A model generated the notes under the pieces. It was not told where the DNA came from. It did no database searches and saw nothing but the letters and a program-made list of their open reading frames with translations. Both the position numbers and the translations under genes were made by a program. DNA of 22,539 nucleotides from a virus: the UHGV virus genome UHGV-0018397, one strand, 5' to 3'. Each line of letters opens with the position of its first letter. Position 1 is the stretch's first letter. Positions 7,737 to 17,286 of the stretch are shown piece after piece.

Positions 7737-8882
7737 ATGAAGTGGAAACGAACACCGCAGGGGTATGTGATTACCACTGCGACGATCACCCGCGCAGGGC
7801 CGATTGAATATTACGGTCACGAACTGGGATTAACTGGCAGCGATGCCAACAAAAAAATCACCGTTGTCCGCACCCTCGACGAATTATCAAAACCTGAAAC
7901 ACTCGCTTCATTCAATGGCCTCCCGTTCACCATAACGCACCCCGACGACGGGGAAGTCACCGCAGCAGACCACAAAGACAAAGCATCCGGTCATATCGCC
8001 AATACCCGTATCGAGGGTGGTGAGGTGGTCTGCGACGTTTTTCTGACGGATGCCGTTGCAATTAAGACGCTGGAAGAAACGGGGATTCGTGAAGTATCCG
8101 TTGGATATGAGCCTGCTGAACTCGAGGAAAGGGGCGGTAAGTATTACCACATCAACATTCGCGGCAATCATGTCGCGGGCGTGGCAGAGGGGCGCTACGG
8201 GCCTCAGTGTAAGTTAAACGACAAAAAAGGTAAGCCGATGTTCAAAACATTAACTGACGCCCTGAGTTTCCTGAAGGGCAAAAAACTGAAGGATGCGGAC
8301 GGTGCAGCGCTAACTCCTGACGAACTGGTCGGCATGATCGCCGCGCTGGAAAAAGCACTGGCAGAACTCCAGGGGCAAGGGACTGACGAGGCGACGGCAA
8401 AGGCTCAGGAAGTGCTGGCGCAACTCGCTGACCTTAAAACTCAACTGGAAGGCATGACGGGGGCACCATCGCCGAACGATGAAGATCCTGCCGCTGGTGG
8501 TGACGACAAGGACGCGAAAATCACTGCGCTGGAAACCGAAAACGCCGATCTGAAAGCGAAGGTTAAAGCGCTGGAAGAAGAACTGGAGCAGCTGAAATCC
8601 GGCAACGAAACCAGCACCACACTGGCAGACGCGAAAGCCCGCTTCCCTAAAGTCAGCTTCAATGATGCCAAATCAGCGCGTGACGTGCGTGCCGCCGTAC
8701 TGGTGAGCACTAAAGCATTTAACGATGCTGAGGTCAAAGCAATGACTGACAGCGAAGTCCGCGCGGCATATGCGGCTATTCAAGCCACCTCGAAGCCACG
8801 CAGTGAAATCGGTGCTCATCTGTTTAACGACTCCGCGAACAAAAGCACTAAAACCGCAACTCAACGCCTTGGGGGTAAATAA
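7737..8882 (+). CDS. Putative scaffold protein (possibly a Mu I-like protease-scaffold fusion)
   Basis: Globular N-terminal half followed by an Ala/Glu/Lys-rich coiled-coil C-terminal half (AELQGQG.., ENADLKAKVKALEEELEQLK); sits between the F-like gene and the capsid gene. Confidence 0.55.
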   Translation: MKWKRTPQGYVITTATITRAGPIEYYGHELGLTGSDANKKITVVRTLDELSKPETLASFNGLPFTITHPDDGEVTAADHKDKASGHIANTRIEGGEVVCDVFLTDAVAIKTLEETGIREVSVGYEPAELEERGGKYYHINIRGNHVAGVAEGRYGPQCKLNDKKGKPMFKTLTDALSFLKGKKLKDADGAALTPDELVGMIAALEKALAELQGQGTDEATAKAQEVLAQLADLKTQLEGMTGAPSPNDEDPAAGGDDKDAKITALETENADLKAKVKALEEELEQLKSGNETSTTLADAKARFPKVSFNDAKSARDVRAAVLVSTKAFNDAEVKAMTDSEVRAAYAAIQATSKPRSEIGAHLFNDSANKSTKTATQRLGGK

Positions 8883-8884
8883 CT

Positions 8885-9376
8885 ATGGCTTTCGGATTTA
8901 CTGACTGGGATGGTGCCGACGGCACTATTAAACCAGGTTCAATCAAACGCGCCTCCAGCTCTAACGATAAAGTCTGGGGGGAAGAGAACCTGACCGAAAC
9001 GAAATTGCCCTACGGCACGTTCGTAGCTGTCAACCCGGACGGCGGCGTGATGCCTCTCGCAGCTGGCAAACGCATTCACGGGATTGTGGTGCGCGACATT
9101 TACGGCGAAGGTGCACCGCACACCAAGCAGGTCAACGTAGGGCATTTCTCTCACGGCGACTGCGTCGGCGCGCTGACAGTCGATGACGCTGATTTTACTC
9201 GTGGCGCGGCGGCTTACATCGTGGCGACGGGTGCCGATGCCGGAAAGGTGACGACAGAAGCAGCCGGAAATATTGATTTGGGTTTCTGGGTGGAAGATGT
9301 GAGCGCGGGTAATAACTGCGTGGCTATCACCCTGGGCTACGTACAACAGGCAGTTCAGCAGACGGAAGGAGCATAA
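8885..9376 (+). CDS. Head structural protein (possible decoration or cement protein)
   Basis: 163 aa, Gly/Ala/Val-rich, immediately upstream of the major capsid gene; GGGGG ribosome-binding site. Called by position only. Confidence 0.4.
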   Translation: MAFGFTDWDGADGTIKPGSIKRASSSNDKVWGEENLTETKLPYGTFVAVNPDGGVMPLAAGKRIHGIVVRDIYGEGAPHTKQVNVGHFSHGDCVGALTVDDADFTRGAAAYIVATGADAGKVTTEAAGNIDLGFWVEDVSAGNNCVAITLGYVQQAVQQTEGA

Positions 9377-9379
9377 CCA

Positions 9380-10348
9380 ATGCCTATGGAATCAGCAGAT
9401 TTCGAAGAAGTGCTGCAGGAAGCGCTAACTGAGCGTGATATGCAGTTGCAAGAAAAAGAACTTCCAGAGATCAACATCGGTGAAGCCCTCCCGGTTAAAG
9501 ACGGCCTGGATTTTTCTCTGGAATATGTGGATTTCGGCGTGTCAGAAGTGGTCGGGTCGGTTAAAGACGGCATCATTGGTAACAAAACCAACAGCCTGAA
9601 AACCATTGATAGTGAAATCGAATGGCTGAAAGCGCCTGTTGGCCAGTGGGCTAAAGCTGCAACCTGGACTCAGCAGGAACTGGAGAAGATCGCACGTCTG
9701 AACATCAACCTGCAGACCAAAAAGCAGGATGATCTGTATGCCAACGCCCTCGCTACCATTCAGTATGCCGGTTACGTCGGCCATCGCGGCGTTAAAGGTC
9801 AGGAAGGGTTGCTGACAGGGACGAAAGTACAGCTTATCACCGACACGTCAGGCAAAACCATTGCCGAAATGACCTCTGATGGGTTCGTGAAACTGGTGCT
9901 GGATGCTTATAACGCGGCATGGCGCAAATCCGGCTATCGTATCCAGCCAACGCATATCGCCATGGACGCCAGCGACTTTATGCTCGCCATGCAGAAATTC
10001 GACCCGAATCCGATTGTTGTGGGTACTGACCTGCTCCCGATTGCGGCGATGGATCGCATTATGGCGGCGCTGCGTAAGGCTTCTGGTAATGAGTCTTTCA
10101 ACATTACTTTCGTGAAAGTCCCGAGCAATTACGCGGTAGGTATCAAATCGGGTAAAACCCGCCTGGCAATCTACACCTACGAAGCCGATTACATCGAAAT
10201 GGAAGTGCATATGCCAGAACTGCTGGCAGCACGACAGCGTGATCTGCTGACCTATGAGTGTGGTTATCGCTCTGCCTTCGGTGGCGCGATGTGGAAACAG
10301 CCGCAGTCCGGGGTGTATGTGGATTACAAATCCTCTCCGGCAGAGTAA
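9380..10348 (+). CDS. Major capsid protein
   Basis: 322 aa, strong ribosome-binding site (GGAAGGAG), follows the scaffold and precedes head-tail genes; size and position as in Mu-like head modules. Confidence 0.7.
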   Translation: MPMESADFEEVLQEALTERDMQLQEKELPEINIGEALPVKDGLDFSLEYVDFGVSEVVGSVKDGIIGNKTNSLKTIDSEIEWLKAPVGQWAKAATWTQQELEKIARLNINLQTKKQDDLYANALATIQYAGYVGHRGVKGQEGLLTGTKVQLITDTSGKTIAEMTSDGFVKLVLDAYNAAWRKSGYRIQPTHIAMDASDFMLAMQKFDPNPIVVGTDLLPIAAMDRIMAALRKASGNESFNITFVKVPSNYAVGIKSGKTRLAIYTYEADYIEMEVHMPELLAARQRDLLTYECGYRSAFGGAMWKQPQSGVYVDYKSSPAE

Positions 10349-10362
10349 TCACAGGGGGTAGC

Positions 10363-10725
10363 ATGGAATTCACCGTTCGTTACCCCGAGTTCGCCAGTGT
10401 TGCCCCTGCTCGAATAGAAGGGGCGCTACAGGATGCAGCAAACCAGATGAGCCGCAAAGTATGGAACAAGCTCTATGAGCAAGGGCTTCATGCTTTAGCG
10501 GCACATCTTCTTTATGCCTCAGGTGCGTTAACCCCTTCCGGAAATTCCAGCGGCAAAACTGCCCAGTCAATAACCAGTCGTTCAGTGGCTGGATTGTCTT
10601 TAGGGTATTCCGCCCCGGATGCCGGGTTTGGTGCAAATCACGATGGTTATGCCTCCAGTTCTTACGGCCAGGAATACATCAGGTTACGTAAGCTGGTGGG
10701 CGTCCACGTGCTGGCGATTCGTTAG
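10363..10725 (+). CDS. Head-tail connector / head completion protein (putative)
   Basis: 120 aa starting at ATG 10363 (MEFTVRYPEF..) with a ribosome-binding site; the upstream part of the tracked ORF (from 10258) overlaps the capsid gene and was discarded. Confidence 0.45.
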   Translation: MEFTVRYPEFASVAPARIEGALQDAANQMSRKVWNKLYEQGLHALAAHLLYASGALTPSGNSSGKTAQSITSRSVAGLSLGYSAPDAGFGANHDGYASSSYGQEYIRLRKLVGVHVLAIR

Positions 10726-10740
10726 GGCGGAGTGTTTCTC

Positions 10741-11313
10741 ATGACGCCAGAAGAAACCTTAAGACTAACCACGGAATATCTGAAGAACCTTCAGGCGATG
10801 AAAACCCATTACGTCGCCGTAGGTTTGCCAGCGGGCAAGGTGGGAAATAAAACCCACGATGACGGAACATCGATAATTGAGATCGGGGCGGTTCACGAGT
10901 TCGGTGCTGAAATCGATCACCCTGGCGGGACGGGGTATATGGCAACCGGTGGAAAAGCTACGTTTACCCGCAAGACCTTCATGGGTCCGGTTAGCGGATT
11001 TACAGCGGCTCACAAGATAACGATTCCTGAACGATCCTTTCTTCGCGCTCCTTTCACCCTCAAAAAGTCGGAAATTAACCGGGCAATCGAAAAGGCCTGT
11101 GAAGCCGTAGGCTCCGGGCGTATGGATGCTGACACCGCATTAAATTTGATAGGCGCGACGGCGCGAAATATCAGCGTGAAGGCCTTTGAGATTGCCGGGT
11201 ATGGCACGTGGTCAGATATCACTGCTGCAACTAAAAAGGCTAAAGGATCGTCTGCGCCGTTAATTGATACAGGCGCCCTGCGTGGTGCCATAACGTGGGA
11301 GGTTCGTAAGTGA
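10741..11313 (+). CDS. Virion morphogenesis / neck protein (putative)
   Basis: C-terminal motif LIDTGALRGAITWEV resembles the phage virion-morphogenesis family as recalled; positioned between head and tail modules. Confidence 0.5.
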   Translation: MTPEETLRLTTEYLKNLQAMKTHYVAVGLPAGKVGNKTHDDGTSIIEIGAVHEFGAEIDHPGGTGYMATGGKATFTRKTFMGPVSGFTAAHKITIPERSFLRAPFTLKKSEINRAIEKACEAVGSGRMDADTALNLIGATARNISVKAFEIAGYGTWSDITAATKKAKGSSAPLIDTGALRGAITWEVRK

Positions 11314-11666
11314 GCGACTTATCAGACCTTGATATGAGCGACGCGTTAATCGGCTGGGAACAGCCTGTAAAACTCAAAACCCGCACTGAAACCACCATCG
11401 ATTTTGAACCGGTCGTGACTGTTAACAGCCAGGACATTCTGGCGGTGGTGCAAAGTGCGAACAAAGAGAATCTGACGCTGGATAGCCTGGACTGGTCGAA
11501 AGAATATCTGCTGATTCATGCACGGCTGAAAATTGAAACCGGTCAGTTTATTGAGAAGGGAGGCAAGGACTACAAAGTCGTGTCCCCGGCCGATTTTATG
11601 GATTACGGATTCTGCGCTGTCATCGCCGAGGAAACCCGGCTCCCGCTACTGGTGCCAACGCCATGA
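11310..11666 (+). CDS. Hypothetical structural protein (tail completion?)
   Basis: 118 aa, likely GTG start with GGGAGG ribosome-binding site; translationally coupled to both neighbours. Confidence 0.4.
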   Translation: MSDLSDLDMSDALIGWEQPVKLKTRTETTIDFEPVVTVNSQDILAVVQSANKENLTLDSLDWSKEYLLIHARLKIETGQFIEKGGKDYKVVSPADFMDYGFCAVIAEETRLPLLVPTP

Positions 11667-12151
11667 CACAACCCCATCTGAAAGCTGTCGCGCGTTTCGT
11701 ACGTGACCTTCTGGACTACGACGAACAGCTGATCAAGTTCGACCGTCGGAACGTGCAGGCGTCCGACTTTTCCACCAGTTATATCGTGGTAAACGGCTCA
11801 CTACCGCAATCAGTGCTGGCCCGTGGCCAGCGCTTTAATGGTGACGCGGAAGTGATGACTTATAGCGCCTCAGTGAGCCACGCGATTGTCCTGGAGTTTT
11901 ACGGGGATAAGGCTTACGTCAACGCTGAAAGCTTCATGATGCTGAGTGAAAGCCAGCACGCGAACGAACTGCGCCGCACGCATTCACTCACCATCATGGC
12001 CGTCTCAAACATCATCGATGTGGGGCAACTCCTGGGGCAGTCCCACGGTAATCGTGTTCACCTGAGTTTCAATGTTCAGTATGCCCCTGCGCGGGACGTG
12101 CAGACACTGCGCATCGATACGCCGCAGTTTCAATTTTTAGAGGACAAGTAA
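11663..12151 (+). CDS. Hypothetical structural protein (tail terminator / sheath stabiliser?)
   Basis: 162 aa immediately upstream of the sheath gene with overlapping start (ATGA). Confidence 0.4.
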   Translation: MTQPHLKAVARFVRDLLDYDEQLIKFDRRNVQASDFSTSYIVVNGSLPQSVLARGQRFNGDAEVMTYSASVSHAIVLEFYGDKAYVNAESFMMLSESQHANELRRTHSLTIMAVSNIIDVGQLLGQSHGNRVHLSFNVQYAPARDVQTLRIDTPQFQFLEDK

Positions 12152-13654
12152 ATGTCGGCATCAATTAATAACGTCATTAATGTGACGCTTCTCGAAGAGG
12201 GACGGGCGGCGGCGCGAGATAACATCAACGTTTGCGCAATTCTGACCAGCCAGACGGGGGTATTGAGCACTGCTGAACGCTGGCGTTCATACAAAAGCGC
12301 ATCTGCTGTCGAACAGGACTGGGGGGCTTCTTCAGTCACCGCAGCTTTTGCGAATGTGTTTTTCGGGACCAGTCCTAACCCGGTATCCGCGGGCGGCACG
12401 CTGATCGTCGGTTACTGGAACGCTGCCGGGGAAACGCTGCCTGCGACCAGCGGTGTACTGCGTGGCGGTGAGATTTCTCAGGCAGTCGTACTGCCAGCGT
12501 TACGCGAGAAGTCTGACTGGTCATTCAGTATTGAGATTGACGGCACTAAGCACGATGTGACTGAAATTAATGGCATGACGGCGACGACACTGGCAGATGT
12601 CATCGCCCAAATCCAGGCGAAAATTACGCCAGATGTTGCATCGGTTGTTTTTGATGGCAGCCGTATAGCGATTACCAACAAATCGACAGGGACTAACTCT
12701 GTTGTTGGTTATCCGACAGTGCTGGATGGTGGCTCTTTTATTGGCGATCTGCTGGCGGTTGCGGAGGGTTCCGGCGCTTCGCTGGTAAACGGTAGCGCAT
12801 CAACTGAGATTTCACCGGAAACACAACTGGAATCTCTCAGCAAACTCAAAGCGCAGGTCAACGTAAAAGGCGCGGCCTTCATCGACAAAATTCTCGATGC
12901 GCAGGTGCCGTTGATCGCTTCATGGGCTAAAGCGAACGCGGTAATCGTGTATGAGACATTTACCGGTTCGGCAGCTCTGGAAGTTGATCCGACTAACCCG
13001 GCATGGGCGGTAACACTCGCCAGCCAGAGTAATTTCCGCATGCTCTACAGCAAAACAGGCAACCGGAAATTTGGTGTTAGCTATATGGCGCGCACGCATA
13101 CCGTTAATTTCAACGGAGAACGCACTGCAATCACTTTGCACCTCAAAACGATGAACGTGCCGGCCGAAAGTTATGAGCAGACGGAGATCGACAAAGCGAA
13201 GCGTGTAGGTCTCGACATCTACACCACGATTAAAGACGTTCCCTGCGTGCTGTCGAGCGGTGCTAATGATTTTGTCGACAACGTCTATAACCTGATGGCC
13301 TACGTTGATGCAGTGCAGACGGATTCCTTCAACCTCCTTAAAACCACGCCGACTAAAGTCCCACAAACCTATTATGGCGTTGATCAGTTAGAGGACTGTG
13401 TAGAGAAAACCACGCATGGGTTTGTGAAGGCTGGGGTGTTCAATCCGGGTACCTGGACGCTGCCTGACTTCTTCGGGGATCGGGATATGTTTCTGCGAAA
13501 TATCGAGCAAAACGGGTATTACGTGCTGGCCGGTGACCTGAAAGACCAGTCAACCGCAGACAGGCAGGAACGCAAATCCCCGGTTGTTCAGGTAGCAGTG
13601 AAGAATGCTGGTGCTGTTCACAGTGCCGATATCATCATCAATTTCAATAAATAA
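12152..13654 (+). CDS. Tail sheath protein (contractile tail)
   Basis: 500 aa, first and largest gene of the tail block, followed by a tube-sized gene, chaperone and tape measure; GAGGA ribosome-binding site. Confidence 0.65.
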   Translation: MSASINNVINVTLLEEGRAAARDNINVCAILTSQTGVLSTAERWRSYKSASAVEQDWGASSVTAAFANVFFGTSPNPVSAGGTLIVGYWNAAGETLPATSGVLRGGEISQAVVLPALREKSDWSFSIEIDGTKHDVTEINGMTATTLADVIAQIQAKITPDVASVVFDGSRIAITNKSTGTNSVVGYPTVLDGGSFIGDLLAVAEGSGASLVNGSASTEISPETQLESLSKLKAQVNVKGAAFIDKILDAQVPLIASWAKANAVIVYETFTGSAALEVDPTNPAWAVTLASQSNFRMLYSKTGNRKFGVSYMARTHTVNFNGERTAITLHLKTMNVPAESYEQTEIDKAKRVGLDIYTTIKDVPCVLSSGANDFVDNVYNLMAYVDAVQTDSFNLLKTTPTKVPQTYYGVDQLEDCVEKTTHGFVKAGVFNPGTWTLPDFFGDRDMFLRNIEQNGYYVLAGDLKDQSTADRQERKSPVVQVAVKNAGAVHSADIIINFNK

Positions 13655-13664
13655 GGAGCGGTAA

Positions 13665-14096
13665 ATGTCTCAGATTGTTATCAGTGCAGATACCGCGACC
13701 ATCGTTCTGAATGGGCGAATCATCACGGATATCGCTGCGGGGGACTACGTCACGCTGACGCCATCCAATCCGCTTACAAGCCGCGCCAATAGTGCGAATA
13801 ACGGCGTCACAATCTCGGGGCGTGTTGATGCCGGGGTGCATGTGATGGTGATACGTGTCCAGAAATTTTCTAACGATGATATCTGGCTTAACCAGCAGCG
13901 TACCGCCGCGATCCCCGTTGTCTTTAACGGCTCAGTTAAAGAGTCGTTCGTGCGCGACGGCGCGGCACTGAAGGAAACCTACGATCTTCAGGCCGGTTCT
14001 ATCACCACACAACCGACGCAAACCAAAAACAACCAGGACGTTAACGCACTGATGGAATACACCATTGAGTACCGCAATGTCGTGCGTAATGTATAA
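13665..14096 (+). CDS. Tail tube protein
   Basis: 143 aa directly after the sheath gene; AAGGAG ribosome-binding site. Confidence 0.6.
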   Translation: MSQIVISADTATIVLNGRIITDIAAGDYVTLTPSNPLTSRANSANNGVTISGRVDAGVHVMVIRVQKFSNDDIWLNQQRTAAIPVVFNGSVKESFVRDGAALKETYDLQAGSITTQPTQTKNNQDVNALMEYTIEYRNVVRNV

Positions 14097-14104
14097 GGTC
14101 AGAT

Positions 14105-14518
14105 ATGTCTAAAGAACAGCAGAAAAAAGCACTCGAGATGATCAAGGCGGTCTACGATGACGGTTTTGCTGAAATCAACGGCAACCGCTACGACTTTGCT
14201 GCGATGACACACAAAAAACGCCGCAAGGTTTTTGCCTTCTTCACAGGCATTGCCTCTGAGTTATCGCGGCAGTCTCTTGAGTTTCTGGACTCAGAGCGAT
14301 TTGAGGAAATTGAACGCCTGATGTTCGATTACGTTCTGTTTGACGGTGTGCAACTGTCTAAGCAGCCGGAACACTTCGAATCCTACCCTGGTGATTACGT
14401 CATGCTAATCACAACAGCGCTTCAGGTTATCAGCCTGCCTTTTATGGGCGGGAGCAATATGAACTCACGTTCAGAAGCTCCAGACGTTCAGAAATTTACG
14501 TTAAATCCTCGAACATAA
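14105..14518 (+). CDS. Tail assembly chaperone (G-like)
   Basis: 137 aa acidic protein between tube and tape measure, the conserved position of the tail assembly chaperone. Confidence 0.6.
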   Translation: MSKEQQKKALEMIKAVYDDGFAEINGNRYDFAAMTHKKRRKVFAFFTGIASELSRQSLEFLDSERFEEIERLMFDYVLFDGVQLSKQPEHFESYPGDYVMLITTALQVISLPFMGGSNMNSRSEAPDVQKFTLNPRT

Positions 14519-14685
14519 GCGACGACATGAGCATGTATCTGGCGCTATCAAAGGCCGGATACGGCCCCTATCACGAACTTGTTAAATTAGACACACCAGA
14601 GCTGTTTGACATGCTTGAGTTCGAGAATATCAGCGCAGACATTCAACACTACGAGATGGAGAAGGCGCGGAATGGCGATAGTTAA
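14395..14685 (+). CDS. -1 frame extension of the tail chaperone (GT-like frameshift product, C-terminal part)
   Basis: The -1 frame is open from 14395 to TAA 14683-14685, overlapping the chaperone 3' end and ending 14 nt inside the tape measure start; no ribosome-binding site before its only ATG (14527). Confidence 0.45.
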   Translation, partial: LRHANHNSASGYQPAFYGREQYELTFRSSRRSEIYVKSSNISDDMSMYLALSKAGYGPYHELVKLDTPELFDMLEFENISADIQHYEMEKARNGDS

Positions 14686-16468
14686 CGAGCTTATTACCAA
14701 ATTCGGTTTTATCGGTAATCTGGCGCCGCAGGAAACCTTCAATGCAAATCTGAAAGCATCTATTGGTTTGCTTGCCGGGCTTGGAGCCGCTATCGCCGGT
14801 TCGGCTGCGGGGGTTGCTGGCTGGGTGACGTCTGTCAGTCAGTCTATTGATCCGCTGGTCCAGTTCTCCCGGGAAACGGGGGTGGCGATCGAGACCGTTC
14901 AGTCACTGGGTTACGCGGCGTCTGTAAATGGCTCAAGTGTTGATGCGTTGCAGGCTTCGCTAGGTGAGATGACAAAAAGAGTGGGGGAGTTCGTTTCCAC
15001 CGGTGAGGGGGAGGCGAAAGACGTTGCGGAAAGGCTGGGCCTTCAGTTCAAGGATATGAACGGGCAGGTAAAAAACTCCGATGTGATATTTCGTGAACTG
15101 GCCGACAAACTGCACGGCATGAGCCAGGCAGAGAAGTTTTCTGTTCTGGATAAGATGGGTATCGACCGTTCCATGGTGCAGTTGCTATCCATGACGGGCG
15201 AAGAAATATCTTCGTTGCAGAACAAGGCCGAGGCGCTTGGTGTTGTCACGCAAGACCAGGCCGATCAGTTTGCAGCCTACAACGATTCTCTGACAACGCT
15301 GGGGAAAGGCTTTGATGGTATCAAATTTCAGGTTGCCGTCGGATTTGTGCCGGTACTGAAAGACCTGGTGGATGGGTTTACGGACATTCTCATTGCTAAT
15401 AAGGATCTCATCAAAAACGGGCTGGCCCATCTTGGGGAAATTATCTTCTCCGTTATGGGTATGATCCGTCGCTTCCTGCCGATTATTGGTCTTATTACCA
15501 CCGGATTTGTAGCCTGGAAAATTGCTGCTATAGGACTTAGAGCGGTGCTGGCAACCATATTCTCTCCTGTCGTACTGATCACTGCCGCCATTATCGCTGT
15601 CGTTCTTGTTATCGATGATTTGCTGACGGCTATGGAAGGTGGCCAAAGCGTTATTGCTGATTTCTTCAAAGATAACTGGGGAATAGATATTGTTCCCGCA
15701 CTGAAAGAGGCGAAAGCGTCGCTCATGGCTTTCATAAACTACGCTATTGGCGTGTTTAAACCGCTTGCTGATGCGATTGCCTCCATGTTCAGGATGGTGT
15801 GGCATCTCATCACAGGTGCGTTTACGGGTGATTTTCAGGGTGCGATGAAGGATGCGCAGAATATCTTTGATTCTCTTATAGCGTTTATCACTGGTGCATT
15901 TGGTGTCGTTGGTGATGCGATTAAATACGTGTTTGGCGATGCCGGCGCGTTTGTCGTTGATGTATTCACTACTGCCATCGAAAACACGAAGCTGATGTTC
16001 TCAGCACTATGGAAGTTAGTCGCTGGCGATTTTGAAGGTGCATGGGGGGATGTGGTAAAAATCTTCGATAACGGCGTCGAACTGATGAAAAAACCATTCA
16101 CGGCTTTTATTGACTGGGCGAAAAACATCTTTGCTGGGCTGGGGGAATACATCAGCAATATTATCAGCAACGCTGCTTCAAATGCCTGGAATGCGACAAA
16201 GTCATTCTTCGGGGTCGGTGAGGATGAACAGCAGCAGGGAGTAACCGGCGGCGGTAACGGCGGCATGAGTCCTGGTGGTATTCCTTACGGCATGAATGCT
16301 GCGGTGGGACTCGGTGGTGGTGGCGTGACAAGCAATTCAAGCGTCAGCCAGCAGAACACGATTCACATCAACACATCCGATCCGGTTGTCGCCGGGAATA
16401 CTGCGGCAGATAGCCTGCAACAAAACATGAAGGATGCCAACCGGTTGAGTGGCAGAGGAGGTCGGTAA
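14672..16468 (+). CDS. Tail tape measure protein
   Basis: About 599 aa from ATG 14672 (GGAGAAGG ribosome-binding site); long internal hydrophobic segment (FLPIIGLITTGFVAWKIAAIGLRAVLATIFSPVVLITAAIIAVVLVI) and Gly-rich C-terminus. Confidence 0.8.
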   Translation: MAIVNELITKFGFIGNLAPQETFNANLKASIGLLAGLGAAIAGSAAGVAGWVTSVSQSIDPLVQFSRETGVAIETVQSLGYAASVNGSSVDALQASLGEMTKRVGEFVSTGEGEAKDVAERLGLQFKDMNGQVKNSDVIFRELADKLHGMSQAEKFSVLDKMGIDRSMVQLLSMTGEEISSLQNKAEALGVVTQDQADQFAAYNDSLTTLGKGFDGIKFQVAVGFVPVLKDLVDGFTDILIANKDLIKNGLAHLGEIIFSVMGMIRRFLPIIGLITTGFVAWKIAAIGLRAVLATIFSPVVLITAAIIAVVLVIDDLLTAMEGGQSVIADFFKDNWGIDIVPALKEAKASLMAFINYAIGVFKPLADAIASMFRMVWHLITGAFTGDFQGAMKDAQNIFDSLIAFITGAFGVVGDAIKYVFGDAGAFVVDVFTTAIENTKLMFSALWKLVAGDFEGAWGDVVKIFDNGVELMKKPFTAFIDWAKNIFAGLGEYISNIISNAASNAWNATKSFFGVGEDEQQQGVTGGGNGGMSPGGIPYGMNAAVGLGGGGVTSNSSVSQQNTIHINTSDPVVAGNTAADSLQQNMKDANRLSGRGGR

Positions 16469-17274
16469 TGGGGATTCTAGACGGCCTCATGCAGGCGCAA
16501 TCTTCTGGCAAAGATACTGTTAAAAAGGTAGGGATCGGCGGGTTCTCAATGTTTGCCCGAGTGAGCGATGCTACTGAATACCCGTCTCAGGTTCCTGTAG
16601 ACGTGCTGGAGGATGGCAGTAACGCGTCAGACGACATTATCAATGGCCCGCTGACGATAAAAATCAGCGGTGTTGTTGCCGATATTTTTGTCGATGCGAA
16701 ACCAAACTCTTCTTTTAGCCTGATGCCAGATTATTCGAAGTATGGTGAGGTGCTGGAGTACATCCCCGCAAAGACGCAGCAGCAGTTGCAAAAAATGAAT
16801 GAGATTGCCGACCGCGCAGAGCAGGCCATCTTAAAGGCAAAACGCCTGGCTGATAAAGGAGCCGACCTGTTTGGGCTGGTGGGCAACCCGTCTACTGGTG
16901 GCGCTAAAGGTATACGCGAGCAATTTCTCGACTTCATTGAGGGGGTGTACTACGGCAAGCAGCTTATTTCCGTGGAGGTGGATTATCGCACCCATGAAAA
17001 TATGGCGTTAAGCGGCCTGACCATCAGTACCGACAATCAAACGATGGAAACTAAGTTTGAAGCCAGTTTTACAAAAATCACCTTCACGCAACTGACTACC
17101 GCACCGATTGAGCAGCACTTCAAATCCCCCTCGGCAGCTGCTAAATCAAAAACGGCGGGCGTTGCTAATAAGGGGGCGCAGACGCCCGCTGATAATTCTA
17201 AAAAAAGTAACGGGACCAGCCAGTCAAAATCAGTCATGACCTCGTTAAAAGGGGCGGCGAAATCTTTATTCTAA
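16468..17274 (+). CDS. Tail / baseplate-associated protein (function unresolved)
   Basis: 268 aa immediately after the tape measure (TAATG overlap); Lys/Ser/Ala-rich low-complexity C-terminus. Confidence 0.45.
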   Translation: MGILDGLMQAQSSGKDTVKKVGIGGFSMFARVSDATEYPSQVPVDVLEDGSNASDDIINGPLTIKISGVVADIFVDAKPNSSFSLMPDYSKYGEVLEYIPAKTQQQLQKMNEIADRAEQAILKAKRLADKGADLFGLVGNPSTGGAKGIREQFLDFIEGVYYGKQLISVEVDYRTHENMALSGLTISTDNQTMETKFEASFTKITFTQLTTAPIEQHFKSPSAAAKSKTAGVANKGAQTPADNSKKSNGTSQSKSVMTSLKGAAKSLF

Positions 17275-17286
17275 TGAGAGCAACGT

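Noticed and set aside
10258-10362. Upstream part of the 155-aa ORF overlapping the capsid gene 3' end
   Set aside because: The Cys/Arg-rich stretch overlaps the capsid gene in another frame; ATG 10363 with a ribosome-binding site gives a sensible 120-aa product.
12920-13366. Minus-strand 148-aa ORF inside the sheath gene
   Set aside because: Antisense to the sheath coding sequence and lacks start signals. Shadow ORF.
14606-14671. ATG 14606 as the tape measure start
   Set aside because: ATG 14672 has a GGAGAAGG ribosome-binding site and begins a typical N-terminus (MAIVNELITKFGF); the upstream 22 codons overlap the frameshift extension.
14527-14685. Independent 53-aa gene starting at ATG 14527 between chaperone and tape measure
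   Set aside because: No Shine-Dalgarno sequence upstream, and the frame is already open from 14395 overlapping the chaperone. Better explained as the -1 frameshift extension.
15185-15805. Minus-strand 206-aa ORF inside the tape measure gene
   Set aside because: Antisense to a gene with a characteristic tape-measure hydrophobic core; no ribosome-binding site. Shadow ORF.
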